Source of the DNA: an archaeon GW2011_AR18
GTDB taxonomy: Archaea > Nanobdellota > Nanobdellia > SCGC-AAA011-G17 > GW2011-AR18
Direction of reading: 5' to 3'
Length of the DNA stretch: 64,000 bases
Assembly: GCA_000806155.1 (NCBI GenBank)
Contig: JWKX01000006.1
Coordinates: 4,446-68,445 of the forward strand
Shown here: piece after piece, positions 9,850 through 19,836 of the stretch
Layout: each line of letters starts with the position of its first letter
Numbering within the stretch: the stretch's first letter is position 1
Program-made: the position numbers and the translations under genes
The notes under the pieces: model-generated
Seen by the model: the letters and a program-made list of their open reading frames with translations, nothing else
Databases searched by the model: none
What the model was told of the DNA's origin: nothing

Positions 9850-11016
9850 TTATCTAGACATGAAAGCCCTATTGTCTATGTCACTTTTATATAATCTTAA
9901 TCTATTATTTTCTGGATTGTACTTTAATACAACTTGTGTATATGTCTGTCTTCTACGCTGTCCATCCATTTGGTCATCTGTTACACGCCAGCTTAATACA
10001 AATTTTCCATATGATAAATCTAATCCTGCATGTACATTCTGTTCTGGTCCTGCTGTTGGTCCCTCTATATATAATCCTACTGCTCCAGGTCCTACCTTTG
10101 TTCCTATTCCAAATCTTGGTTGTAATGCATAGCTGTTTGGTTGTACTCTTCTTAATACATCTACAGTTTTTCTATTACTTGTCTGTTCTGCTAGACTATC
10201 TAAAGATCCAGGTTTATTTGCTAATACATCGCTGCTGTCAAATCTTAAACGTGTTCCTATATCCATATATATGTCATTTCCTGGATTATTTAATTCTAAC
10301 ATTAATCCCATAGCTGTATCTTTTTCTTTTCCATAATCTGTATTTCCTACTTTTCTATGCTGTATTCTTGATATCATTCCAAAGTCTACTGCTAATTCTG
10401 GTGATAATCTTAGATTAGCGCCTAATTCTCCCTCTCCACCTAAGGCATATATATCAGATCTTGGCATTGTTTCTAGTACCCACTTGCTTCCATTTGTATA
10501 TACTAGACCTAATCCTGCTCTTGCTTTTAATATGTCATTTATGTTTAAATGTACTAATGCTCCAGGCCTGTATGTCATCTTTCTCTCGCCTGCATCTTCG
10601 AATACTCCTGAATTTAATCTTCCATGTTGTCCTGCTATTTCTGTATATATGTCTGCTCCTAAATCTTTTCCCCCAAATACATTATCTACTCTAAGATAAA
10701 TATCTCCTCTCCATTCATCAAATTCTGTCAATTTTTCTTTTGCTGCTGATAATCTTGTATGTGTATCATATGTTCCTAATATTTCAATACTTCCAATCCT
10801 TATTCTATCTTCAGTTGAAGATATTGGTTCTGGTGACGCACTTGGTAATGGTGTTGGTAAGGGTTCAGGAATTATATCCTCTCTAACTGTTTCAGTATAT
10901 TCAGCTGGATCTGGTGTTGCAACTGATTCACTATCTAATGCAAATGCCTCTTTTGGTGCTGTTAAATTTCCTAATGCTGTTAATGCAAAAGCAGCAGTTA
11001 TCAATAATTTTTTCAT
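9850..11016 (-). CDS. Secreted protein with Pro/Thr-rich linker
   Basis: Signal peptide MKKLLITAAFALTALGNLTAPKEAFA after AAGGAG. Linker PEPLPTPLPSASPEP. G/A/R/D-rich composition unlike the host proteome. Confidence 0.5.
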   Translation of the reverse strand: MKKLLITAAFALTALGNLTAPKEAFALDSESVATPDPAEYTETVREDIIPEPLPTPLPSASPEPISSTEDRIRIGSIEILGTYDTHTRLSAAKEKLTEFDEWRGDIYLRVDNVFGGKDLGADIYTEIAGQHGRLNSGVFEDAGERKMTYRPGALVHLNINDILKARAGLGLVYTNGSKWVLETMPRSDIYALGGEGELGANLRLSPELAVDFGMISRIQHRKVGNTDYGKEKDTAMGLMLELNNPGNDIYMDIGTRLRFDSSDVLANKPGSLDSLAEQTSNRKTVDVLRRVQPNSYALQPRFGIGTKVGPGAVGLYIEGPTAGPEQNVHAGLDLSYGKFVLSWRVTDDQMDGQRRRQTYTQVVLKYNPENNRLRLYKSDIDNRAFMSR

Positions 11017-11041
11017 TTTATTATTTCTCCTTAATATATTT

Positions 11042-12139
11042 TTATATGCTTGATTGAACACGGAAAGATAGTGTATTATTTCTACATCCAGCTAATTTAC
11101 TGTCTAGAGTTTTTGCTTCAAATTCCTCTCTCATTCCATCTCTTAGATTTTCAGGCAGTTCTGGGTGAGAATATCTGACTTCTACATTTTCTATTTTCCC
11201 GAGAGCTCCTATATCATATCTTAATTTCAATACAACACCTTTGTATTCCTTTAGTTCTGGATGTCTTCTAATTATGTCTCTTGCTTCAGCTCCTACTGCT
11301 GCTGCATATCCAGGATCATTACATATATCTGCTTTTTCCTGTATAGTTCTATACAATGTAGTACATGCTGCTTCAGTTGGTGGTACAGGTATAGTATTTG
11401 GCTTGCATTTTTTTGGATTTTGTGGTTGGTAATCTGGTGTAGTTACCCCTCTTCGTACTAATTCACTTACAGCTTGATTAAGATCTTCTAAAGCAGTCTG
11501 ATATTGAGTATTATTTGGATCTTCTCTTAATCCTGCTTCTAATTCTGCTCTTAGAGTTTTTACTCCTCTTCTTCCAATATCAAAACCCTCTCCTACACCG
11601 ATAAGGTAATTTTTAAAAATTTGTGCACGTAAATTATACAAAATTTGGCTATCTCTTGATCCTTTGATATCAGGTCCATTTTGACCTATAGGTTGATATG
11701 CTGATGTTAATGGTAGATATCCATCTCTTATTTTTTTTAATCTATTTTCACTCTCTCCATTAGCATCTGTAACTGTGATTACTTTCCATTCTGGGACATC
11801 ATCTTGTAATAATGTATGATATGCGTCTCTTACGATTCTTGCTCTATTTACTACTGTTGTTTCCCACTCTAATAAAGCTCCTCTTCTTCCATGTTCTCTT
11901 ATGTTTTGATATCCGTTTACGCATGAATCTGGTCCTGTAGCTATTAATCCTAACATTCCTATTCCTGCTGCTGTATAAATTCCATATTTTATTGGTCTAA
12001 GGTTCTTATTTGCCCAACGTGAAGCTTTAGGGTTGTTGACTATATGTCTGATTCTTTTTGTTAATGGTAATTTTAGTGGTGTTCCTGCCATTTGTGTTTT
12101 CCCTTGTTTACTATTTAATTCATTATCATCAAAACCCAT
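11042..12139 (-). CDS. Membrane-anchored hypothetical protein
   Basis: Single TM (YGIYTAAGIGMLGLIATG). R/G/A-rich composition. Cotranscribed with 9850-11016. Confidence 0.45.
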   Translation of the reverse strand: MGFDDNELNSKQGKTQMAGTPLKLPLTKRIRHIVNNPKASRWANKNLRPIKYGIYTAAGIGMLGLIATGPDSCVNGYQNIREHGRRGALLEWETTVVNRARIVRDAYHTLLQDDVPEWKVITVTDANGESENRLKKIRDGYLPLTSAYQPIGQNGPDIKGSRDSQILYNLRAQIFKNYLIGVGEGFDIGRRGVKTLRAELEAGLREDPNNTQYQTALEDLNQAVSELVRRGVTTPDYQPQNPKKCKPNTIPVPPTEAACTTLYRTIQEKADICNDPGYAAAVGAEARDIIRRHPELKEYKGVVLKLRYDIGALGKIENVEVRYSHPELPENLRDGMREEFEAKTLDSKLAGCRNNTLSFRVQSSI

Positions 12140-12261
12140 GTTTTTCCTTCTCCATTACAACACTTGTTGTCTATTATGTGGTAGTTACACTTATATAAAT
12201 CTTTTGTTAAGCCTAATATACCTATTTTTATATTTAAAATCTTCTATATAGAATATATGTT

Positions 12262-13734
12262 CTAATAACTTTTAGCAAAATTCACATAATAAATAGCTTT
12301 CTTACTACATTTGAAACAGTTTTTCAATTCTTTTTTCTGTTCAAAAGGAATATTTAATGCCTTAACACCAGCATATTTTTTCTTTATACTCTCTTCACAC
12401 TCAGGATTGCCACACCATTGTACTTGTACTATTTTTTTATTAATATTTTTCTCAAATTCTTTTTCATTATCAACTATTATAACATTATTATCTAAGAATT
12501 CTTTTGCTTTTATATACAGATTCTTTTGTATTTCATCTAATGTTTTCTCAACTATTCTGTCTATATCATCTAAGTTTACAGATCTTTTTTCTCCAGTATC
12601 TCTTCTTACTATTACAGCCTGGTTTTTCTCTAAATCTCTTGGTCCTAATTCTATTCTTATTGGTAATCCTTTCATCTCATAATTATTAAATTTATTTCCT
12701 GGTTTAATATCATCTCTATCATCAAGTATTGGATTATATTTTTCTAATTGTTTTTTTAATATTTTTGTCCTTCCTATTACTCTTTCCTTATCTTTTTCCA
12801 TTAATATTGGTATTATTACAACTTTGTTCATTGCAACTTTAGGAGGTAATACTAATCCTTTATTATCAGAGTGTATCATTATCATTATTCCTATAGACCT
12901 TGTTGTGAACCCCCAGGAGTTTTGGTATACATATTTTGTTTTTTCATCCTTATCTATGAATTTTATATCAAATGCTTTAGAAAAATTCTGTCCTAGACAA
13001 TGTGATGTTGCTGCCTGTATTGCTTTTCCATTTGGTAATAATGTCTCTATGCTGTATGTAATGTCTGCTCCTGCAAATTTTTCTGAATCAGTCTTTGTCC
13101 CTTTTATTACTGGAACTGCTAATAATTCTTCATATGTTTTTGCATAATCTTCTAGCATTTCTAATGCATGTTCTTCTGATTCTTTTTGTGTTGCAAATAC
13201 TGTATGTCCTTCTTGCCATAGAAATTCTCTTGTTCTTAGGAATGGAATACTGTGCTTAAACTCCCACCTGACCACGTTCGCCCATTGGTTTGTTAATAAT
13301 GGTAAGTCTCTATAACTTCTTATCCATTTTTTAAAAGTATCATACATTATTGTCTCAGAGGTAGGTCTTATTGCTAATCTCTCATTTAATTTACTATCTC
13401 CAGCTTCAGTAACCCATGCAACTTCAGGACTGAATCCTTCTACATGTTTTGATTCTTTTTTTAATAGGTTTTCAGGTATTAATAATGGGAAATATACATT
13501 CTGCACTCCTTTTTCTTTTATTTTCTTATCTAGGAATTGTGTTATTGATTCCCATATTGCATATGATGTCGGTCTTAAAATTATGCATCCTGATACTGGA
13601 CTGTATTCTATTAATTCAGCTTTTTCAATTAGTTGTATATACCATTCAGAGAAATTCTCCTCCTTTTTTGCTCTTATTCCTTCTGGCATTGAAGTTTTAG
13701 TGATTAAATTGTTTATAATTCTTGCTAATAGCAA
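12262..13734 (-). CDS. proS: Prolyl-tRNA synthetase (archaeal/eukaryotic type)
   Basis: EWYIQLIEKAELIEY.PVSGCIILRP and the class II motifs. Start may be the internal M at MPEG. Confidence 0.9.
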   Translation of the reverse strand: MLLARIINNLITKTSMPEGIRAKKEENFSEWYIQLIEKAELIEYSPVSGCIILRPTSYAIWESITQFLDKKIKEKGVQNVYFPLLIPENLLKKESKHVEGFSPEVAWVTEAGDSKLNERLAIRPTSETIMYDTFKKWIRSYRDLPLLTNQWANVVRWEFKHSIPFLRTREFLWQEGHTVFATQKESEEHALEMLEDYAKTYEELLAVPVIKGTKTDSEKFAGADITYSIETLLPNGKAIQAATSHCLGQNFSKAFDIKFIDKDEKTKYVYQNSWGFTTRSIGIMIMIHSDNKGLVLPPKVAMNKVVIIPILMEKDKERVIGRTKILKKQLEKYNPILDDRDDIKPGNKFNNYEMKGLPIRIELGPRDLEKNQAVIVRRDTGEKRSVNLDDIDRIVEKTLDEIQKNLYIKAKEFLDNNVIIVDNEKEFEKNINKKIVQVQWCGNPECEESIKKKYAGVKALNIPFEQKKELKNCFKCSKKAIYYVNFAKSY

Positions 13735-13811
13735 AATTTTAGTTGATTGAAAAAATTAAGTGAGATAAATACAAAATATTTATATAGTTTAAAATTCTTT
13801 TTACTCATAGA

Positions 13812-14495
13812 TTGAAAAATGGTGGCTTTAAACAGGGGTGTGGCTTGATGTACGAGGAAAATACTCTTGTGCATAATATTCTTAAATCTAATAATCCTGT
13901 TTTCGCTTTTGATTTTGATTCTAAAATAGTTTTCTGGAATAATGGTTCTGAATTATTGTTTAATTATGAAAAAGATGAAGTTATTGGTAAAGAGATTCCT
14001 TTCATGACTTCTGGTTCTAAATATGAATTTGATTTTGTTATCTCTAGGATTAAGGAAGGCAAATGTATTAATTTTAAGACTCAGAAAAGATCTAAGAATA
14101 ATGAAATATTAGACTTGGTTTTTTTTGCTAGTCCTTTATATAATGATTCTGAAGTTTCTGGTGTTCTTGTTAATGTTCATGATTTTGCTTCCATTAAGAA
14201 TTTGGCTTACATTCCTTTAGAGAATACTTATTGTTTGTTGAAAGATCAGAAAAGGACTTTTATTCAGATTAGGAAATTGATTTTAGCCTCTTTAGTTGGT
14301 GGTAAAAAAACTATTAATCAGATTTCTTTAGATGCTGGTGTTAATTGGCGTACTGTTGAGAAACATTTAACATTTTTGATAGGTAAGAAATATGTTGCTG
14401 AGATTTTTAGTTCAGAATATGTAAGGATCTTCGAATTAACTTCTTTTGGTACTAATTTTATTAAGAAAGTTGAAGTTGAAGAATTGGTAGAGTAA
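13812..14495 (+). CDS. PAS-domain plus winged-HTH transcriptional regulator
   Basis: PAS-like KIVFWNNGSELLFNYEKDEVIGKEI. C-terminal wHTH INQISLDAGVNWRTVEKHL. Confidence 0.5.
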   Translation: MKNGGFKQGCGLMYEENTLVHNILKSNNPVFAFDFDSKIVFWNNGSELLFNYEKDEVIGKEIPFMTSGSKYEFDFVISRIKEGKCINFKTQKRSKNNEILDLVFFASPLYNDSEVSGVLVNVHDFASIKNLAYIPLENTYCLLKDQKRTFIQIRKLILASLVGGKKTINQISLDAGVNWRTVEKHLTFLIGKKYVAEIFSSEYVRIFELTSFGTNFIKKVEVEELVE

Positions 14496-14534
14496 CTTTC
14501 AGTTGAATTAAAAATATAAAAAATAATCTGCTTC

Positions 14535-14654
14535 TTAAGTTCTCATAATATTCTTTCCGACAGTTCTATTTCTTATCTTTCCTGTGCCGCCTGGAACTTT
14601 TGATGCTCTTATTTTAGCTGCATTCATTCTTCCGCCTCTGCTTTTCTTTGCCAT
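14535..14654 (-). CDS. Small basic protein (39 aa), possibly a ribosomal eS30-like protein
   Basis: GGAGGAAACAAAATG SD. MAKKSRGGRMNAAKIRASKVPGGTGKIRNRTVGKNIMRT. Not in the track (under 60 aa). Confidence 0.3.
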   Translation of the reverse strand: MAKKSRGGRMNAAKIRASKVPGGTGKIRNRTVGKNIMRT

Positions 14655-14694
14655 TTTGTTTCCTCCAAGTAATTTTTAAATTAAAGAATATAAA

Positions 14695-14883
14695 TTAAGC
14701 TTTTTTTATTACATGCGCTATTACAGATATTACAAATAGTATGACGAATATTACTGCTAGAACTTTTGCTATTGTAAATGAATATCCAGATATTATTCCA
14801 AATCCAAATATTCCAGTAACTATAGCCACTATTAAGAATATTATTGCCCAATACAATAATCCAGATAATCCTTTTTTATTCAT
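14695..14883 (-). CDS. DUF1328/UPF0391 small membrane protein
   Basis: YWAIIFLIVAIVTGIFGFGIISG matches UPF0391. Confidence 0.5.
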   Translation of the reverse strand: MNKKGLSGLLYWAIIFLIVAIVTGIFGFGIISGYSFTIAKVLAVIFVILFVISVIAHVIKKA

Positions 14884-15232
14884 AATATTAATATGTTGAT
14901 TATTCTATATATTGGTATGCTATATAGTATATTTTTGACTAGAATTTTTTTTCATAGGTTTTATAAAATTTTAGAACTATTAATTCTATACTGTTTTGTA
15001 ATTTTTTAGATTTTACTTCCTGATTCAATAATGATATTTGTTGTGCTAATTCTAAATTTATCTTAGTATATCCTTTAGAAAATATAGTGATTTTAATACT
15101 AACCTCTTCTAAAGTGTCTTTAAGACTCATATTAAATTTGTAATTCCTATCTTTTTAAATTGTATGCAAATAGTTTTAGTTCTAGAAAGATTTATAAACC
15201 AAAATATATTTTTTATTATATTGAAAGTGGTG

Positions 15233-15769
15233 ATGATGGTTAAAGATATATTATCTGAAGTAGATGGTGATGACATTTTCTTGTTAGCTAATAATAAAAA
15301 AGTTTCAAGCATCAAAGAGTTATATGTTTTACTTCAAAGATTAGATGATAAGATTTTTTATTTCCATGTTAATGAAGAAAAGAATGATTTCTATAACTGG
15401 GTTCGTGATGTTTATCAAGATAAGAAATTAGCTGATGATCTTTTATGGTGTACTAATAAGGAATCTATGATTTTCTGTTTAAAATCTCGTATTGAAGAAG
15501 CTGAGAGAGCTAGTTTATTTAATCTTCTTCCTAGTATTGAAGTTCAGAATACTAAGTCTAAGAAACAGCAGACTAGTACACCTCTAAATACTATGATTGA
15601 TATTGATCAGTTAAGGAAGAAATCTGAAGAAAAATTAGTTAAACAGCAGAAATTATCTAAGTTTAGCAATATAAAAGAAAGGTTTAATAAGCTTCAGGCT
15701 AAGAAAATTAGAAAGGAATCTAGTGTTGATGACACTTTGCAAAAAATTAGAGGGGTGTATGGACTTTGA
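15233..15769 (+). CDS. Hypothetical protein (operon partner of MinD/ParA-like ATPase)
   Basis: ATG after GGTG. Its stop overlaps the TTG start of the next gene (TTGA). Confidence 0.4.
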   Translation: MMVKDILSEVDGDDIFLLANNKKVSSIKELYVLLQRLDDKIFYFHVNEEKNDFYNWVRDVYQDKKLADDLLWCTNKESMIFCLKSRIEEAERASLFNLLPSIEVQNTKSKKQQTSTPLNTMIDIDQLRKKSEEKLVKQQKLSKFSNIKERFNKLQAKKIRKESSVDDTLQKIRGVYGL

Positions 15770-16584
15770 ATAAGAAAATTGGTAAAGTTTTAGGTTTGAT
15801 TTCAATTAAGGGTGGTGTTGGCAAGACTACTAGTGTGTTGAATATTGCTTCATCTCTATCTAATGATTATAATAAGAAAGTTGTTGTTGTAGATGCTAAT
15901 TTCTCCTCTCCTAATGTTGCTTTGCATCTTGGTAGTGTTGATCATAAGAATCATTTGCATCATGTGTTGAATGATGAGGTTCATATTGGTGAATCTTTAT
16001 ATGATTCTGGTTTTGGTTTCCATTTTGTTCCAAGTTCTTTAGTTCATGTGAAAACTAATTTCAGCAAATTGAAAGATACTGTTAAGATTTTAAAGAAACA
16101 TTATGATTATGTATTGATTGATTCCTCTCCTAGTCTTAATAATGAATTAGCAGCTGCTATTAATGCTTCTGATGAGTTATATGTTGTCTCTACCCCTGAT
16201 ATTCCAACTTTAAGCACTACATTAAGAGCTATTAAGTTAGCTAAAGGTAATGGTATGCATGTTAAAGGTTTGATTCTTAACAAGATGAGACATAAGAATT
16301 ATGAGATTAAACCAGCTGATATGGAAAGATTAGCAGGTGTTCCTGTTGTTGGTATTGTTAATAATGATATTAAAGTTTCTGAAGCTCTTTCTGAACTTAA
16401 ACCAGTTGTTCTTCATAGTCCTCATGCTAAATCTTCTTTGAACTATAAACAATTGGCTGCTTATCTTTCTGGTGAGGAATATTCTCATCCGGGTAAGATT
16501 AAACTAGCTATGTCTAGATTAAAGGATGATTATCAAAACTTTAAGAAACATGATTTCAAGAATGGTTTCATGTATTATAAATAA
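15766..16584 (+). CDS. MinD/ParA family P-loop ATPase
   Basis: Deviant Walker A KGGVGKTT. TTG start. Confidence 0.8.
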   Translation: MNKKIGKVLGLISIKGGVGKTTSVLNIASSLSNDYNKKVVVVDANFSSPNVALHLGSVDHKNHLHHVLNDEVHIGESLYDSGFGFHFVPSSLVHVKTNFSKLKDTVKILKKHYDYVLIDSSPSLNNELAAAINASDELYVVSTPDIPTLSTTLRAIKLAKGNGMHVKGLILNKMRHKNYEIKPADMERLAGVPVVGIVNNDIKVSEALSELKPVVLHSPHAKSSLNYKQLAAYLSGEEYSHPGKIKLAMSRLKDDYQNFKKHDFKNGFMYYK

Positions 16585-16833
16585 TTAGATTTCCCCAAAA
16601 ACTTTGAATCTTGCTCTGTATCTCTGTCCTAATTGTTTGAATTCGTCATCTAGTTCCTTGCTTGTTTTTCCTAAGATTATATAATTCATATGGATTCTTT
16701 TTGTTGTATTATAATATTTTTTTGCTGAAACATATTCTCCTTTTGAGATATAATCATGTGTTTTGTCTATTGTCCATAATAGTATGTCTAGAGCCTCGAG
16801 TTTATTATTTTTTACCCTATCTATTAATTCCAT
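16585..16833 (-). CDS. Hypothetical protein
   Basis: ORF of 82 aa, preceded by an overlapping 47-aa membrane ORF (TAATG). Confidence 0.3.
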   Translation of the reverse strand: MELIDRVKNNKLEALDILLWTIDKTHDYISKGEYVSAKKYYNTTKRIHMNYIILGKTSKELDDEFKQLGQRYRARFKVFGEI

Positions 16834-17013
16834 TATTGCACCTTTTTTAACATTAGATACATTATCTGTACTATGAGTATGCTTGCTAGTAGATTTTCTG
16901 CTGTGAATCCGTATAATGCTAAGAATATAAATAATCCTAATACAAAAAATAAGAAGAATACTTTGCTTTTTTCCATATAGATATTTAAGAGATAAGATTA
17001 TTAAATCTAACTT

Positions 17014-17580
17014 TTACAATCTATTCTGCAATTCTAAACTTAAAGCTAGATCTTCTAGTTTATTCAAGTTCCATTTTATTGCATCTGATTTTTTCCTTAA
17101 TTCCCCGTTTCTTAGATCAAATCTCAAGAATTCTCCATATATCTCTTCTACTACTTGTTTTATCTTTATTACTTTATCAAAATGTTTTGCTATTGATTCA
17201 TGTACTGCTTTTCTTCCTAATTCTCCTGTTAAATCAGCTAATCCTGATAGATAATCTTCAACTACAACTCCTAATTCCTTCGCACTTGGTAGTTTATCAT
17301 TCTTTACTAGTTCATAGAATGTTACTGCTTCTACATATTCCTGGAATGCTACCGAGCTTATTCCTGTATCATAATTTTTTGTCCTGTCTAATAATTTTAT
17401 CTTGTTTTTTATATCTTTTAATAGTTTTTCAGCATTAGTTATATCATTTCTATGTATTGAATATATTATCTGTTTTGATAATGTTATTATCTCTCTTGAG
17501 TTTGTTATTGTCTCCTCTCTTCTTACCTCAAAGTCTTTCAGTTCTTTTCTCATTGATTCAAAATCTTTCTTATTTATCAT
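17014..17580 (-). CDS. Translin family protein
   Basis: DYLSGLADLTGELGR matches translin DYLLGVADLTGELMR. Confidence 0.7.
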   Translation of the reverse strand: MINKKDFESMRKELKDFEVRREETITNSREIITLSKQIIYSIHRNDITNAEKLLKDIKNKIKLLDRTKNYDTGISSVAFQEYVEAVTFYELVKNDKLPSAKELGVVVEDYLSGLADLTGELGRKAVHESIAKHFDKVIKIKQVVEEIYGEFLRFDLRNGELRKKSDAIKWNLNKLEDLALSLELQNRL

Positions 17581-17619
17581 AGAAATCTATATACTAGAGA
17601 ATATATTTAAATCTTTGTG

Positions 17620-17841
17620 TCAGGTTACTATTATCCTATAATCCTCTCCAGGTATTCTTTCAGAATCTCTTGCAGCATCTGATAATGGTTTTAATATTTC
17701 AGCCCATTTAAGGTATCCCTGTGTAAACTTTATTGAGTCTTCTTCTGTATATCCTAGTCTTTCTATACACATTTCATAAGTTTGTTTCACATTAAATCTT
17801 AAATTTTCACTAACAGAAGCTAATAATTCATCAATAGTCAT
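17620..17841 (-). CDS. Small hypothetical protein (paralog A)
   Basis: MTIDELLASVSENL. Paralogous to the next ORF. Confidence 0.35.
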   Translation of the reverse strand: MTIDELLASVSENLRFNVKQTYEMCIERLGYTEEDSIKFTQGYLKWAEILKPLSDAARDSERIPGEDYRIIVT

Positions 17842-17883
17842 ATAAGAATTTTATTTTTATAATATAAATATCTTTTGGATAAT

Positions 17884-18102
17884 TTAATCATATATTTGAT
17901 TAATTGTAATGGCATAATCTGCAGCTGTTAGTCTTGTGCAATTTCTTGCTTCCATACTATCATTATATATTCTTGCAATAAAATCTACATGTCTTAAAGT
18001 CATTTCTTGATCAAATGAGTTTTTTCTTGCAAATTCTAAAGCCTCTCTAACTGCTGTAACTAAATTATTGTCATCAGAACTTAATAATTCATCAATATTC
18101 AT
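17884..18102 (-). CDS. Small hypothetical protein (paralog B)
   Basis: MNIDELLSSDDNNL. Confidence 0.35.
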   Translation of the reverse strand: MNIDELLSSDDNNLVTAVREALEFARKNSFDQEMTLRHVDFIARIYNDSMEARNCTRLTAADYAITINQIYD

Positions 18103-18152
18103 GTATTAAAATTTATTTTTAGAGTATATATAGTTTTCTTATAACTTATTCT

Positions 18153-18845
18153 TTAACGTTTAATTCCAGTTATCTCTTTTACTAATCCTAGATAATCTTT
18201 CTTCTGTATCCTGCTTATTATTCCATTTACTTTATCTAATACCCCATTTAGTAAGTGTGTTGTCAGATCATTGATGTTAGTATGTATCTCCATTTTTTCT
18301 ACTTCCTTGTGTATGTTTCCTTCATATTCTTTATTCTTGTCAGGATTGAATATCTCATCATAATATATTATTCTTGTTAACTTTGTATCTAATGCTTTTA
18401 TTGTCTCTTTATCCTCTTCTAGTTCTTTTATTAAGTTCTTTATATCTTCATTTTCTTTCTTCTCATTTACCCATTTGAAATTCTCTAATAAATAATCATG
18501 GTATCTTTGTTCTACATGTGCTATTAAGTTTTTTAATTCTAGTGAATGTTGTGTTATTACTTTTATCTTTCCTGTTATTGATTTTATTATCTGTTTTTGC
18601 ATCTCTTTTTTATCCATTAGATTAGAATATTTGTTTATGTCCTGCATTAATCCTTTTAAATATGAACTTATTGCCTCAGCCTCGCTTCTTATTTTATCTA
18701 ATGCTAAACTCTCAATATCTAAATCTATAGAATCTAATCTTTCATTTATCTCTTTATCAACACTAGGTAACAGTTCTTTTTCTTCTTCTTTTGGTAATTC
18801 TACTTTTACCTCTTTTTTTCCAAATAAACTATTCCAAAATCCCAT
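18153..18845 (-). CDS. Hypothetical coiled-coil protein
   Basis: ORF of 230 aa, K/E-rich. Confidence 0.4.
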   Translation of the reverse strand: MGFWNSLFGKKEVKVELPKEEEKELLPSVDKEINERLDSIDLDIESLALDKIRSEAEAISSYLKGLMQDINKYSNLMDKKEMQKQIIKSITGKIKVITQHSLELKNLIAHVEQRYHDYLLENFKWVNEKKENEDIKNLIKELEEDKETIKALDTKLTRIIYYDEIFNPDKNKEYEGNIHKEVEKMEIHTNINDLTTHLLNGVLDKVNGIISRIQKKDYLGLVKEITGIKR

Positions 18846-18945
18846 ATTTTATTAATTTAGTAAGTGTTTTTATAGGTTTCTATAGATTCTAATCTGCAAA
18901 CATTTATATAATTAAAATTTTATAATATTTATTGAGGTGAAATAA

Positions 18946-19836
18946 TTGAATATTGGTTTTATTGGTCTTGGTCGTATGGGTTATAATATGGTTATTAATC
19001 TTTTAGATCATAATCATAAAGTTGTTGTATATAACAGAAGTCCTGATCCTACTTTAAAAATTCAAAAATTTGGTGCTGTACCATCTTATAATATCTATGA
19101 ACTAATTAGTAAATTGCCTAAAAAGAAAGTTATCTGGATTATGGTTACTTCTTCTGCTGTTGATAAGATTATTCATGATTTGATTCCTTTCTTGAATAAA
19201 GGTGATATTATCATTGATGGTGGTAATTCTTATTTTAAAGATTCTATTAATAGATTTAATAAATTAAAGAAGTTAGGTGTTCATTTTGTTGATGTTGGTG
19301 TTTCTGGTGGTATTGAAGGTGCAAGAAATGGTGCTTGCTTGATGGTTGGCGGAGAAAAGAAAATATATGAATCACTTAAGCCTATTTTCAGATCTTTATC
19401 AGCTAAAGATGGATTTTCTTATGTAGGTAATACTGGTTCTGGTCATTTTGTTAAGATGATTCATAATGGTATTGAATATGGTATGATGGCTTCTATTGCT
19501 GAAGGTTTTGAAACTCTTTATAAAAATCAGAAATATTTTAATTTGAATCTTAAGGATATCTCTAAAGTTTATTCTAATGGTAGTATTATTGAATCTAGAT
19601 TAATGTCATGGTTAAATAATGCTTTATCAGAAGACTCAGCTCTTAAATCTATCAAAGGTATTGTCCCTGAAGGTGAGACAGAATTTGAAATGAGTAATCT
19701 AACTAAACTTTCTTATATGCCTATTTTAGAGAGAGCTATTATTGAAAGAGTTAATTCTAGGAAAAAAGAAAATTTCAGAAGTAAGATTATTGCTGTTTTA
19801 AGAAATAAGTTTGGTGGTCATAAATTAAAAGACTAA
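18946..19836 (+). CDS. gnd: 6-phosphogluconate dehydrogenase (decarboxylating), short form
   Basis: MNIGFIGLGRMGYNMVINLL Rossmann N-terminus. About 296 aa, YqeC/Gnd-like. Confidence 0.8.
   Translation: MNIGFIGLGRMGYNMVINLLDHNHKVVVYNRSPDPTLKIQKFGAVPSYNIYELISKLPKKKVIWIMVTSSAVDKIIHDLIPFLNKGDIIIDGGNSYFKDSINRFNKLKKLGVHFVDVGVSGGIEGARNGACLMVGGEKKIYESLKPIFRSLSAKDGFSYVGNTGSGHFVKMIHNGIEYGMMASIAEGFETLYKNQKYFNLNLKDISKVYSNGSIIESRLMSWLNNALSEDSALKSIKGIVPEGETEFEMSNLTKLSYMPILERAIIERVNSRKKENFRSKIIAVLRNKFGGHKLKD

Noticed and set aside
9850-12139. Calling this cassette and purA horizontally transferred from A-ending codon usage
   Set aside because: A-ending codons are the norm for every minus-strand gene here because of strand-specific wobble bias. 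Only amino-acid composition remains as weak evidence.
14939-15315. Two overlapping 62-63-aa minus-strand ORFs
   Set aside because: Low-complexity, overlapping each other and the start region of the + strand gene at 15233. They are likely noncoding promoter region.
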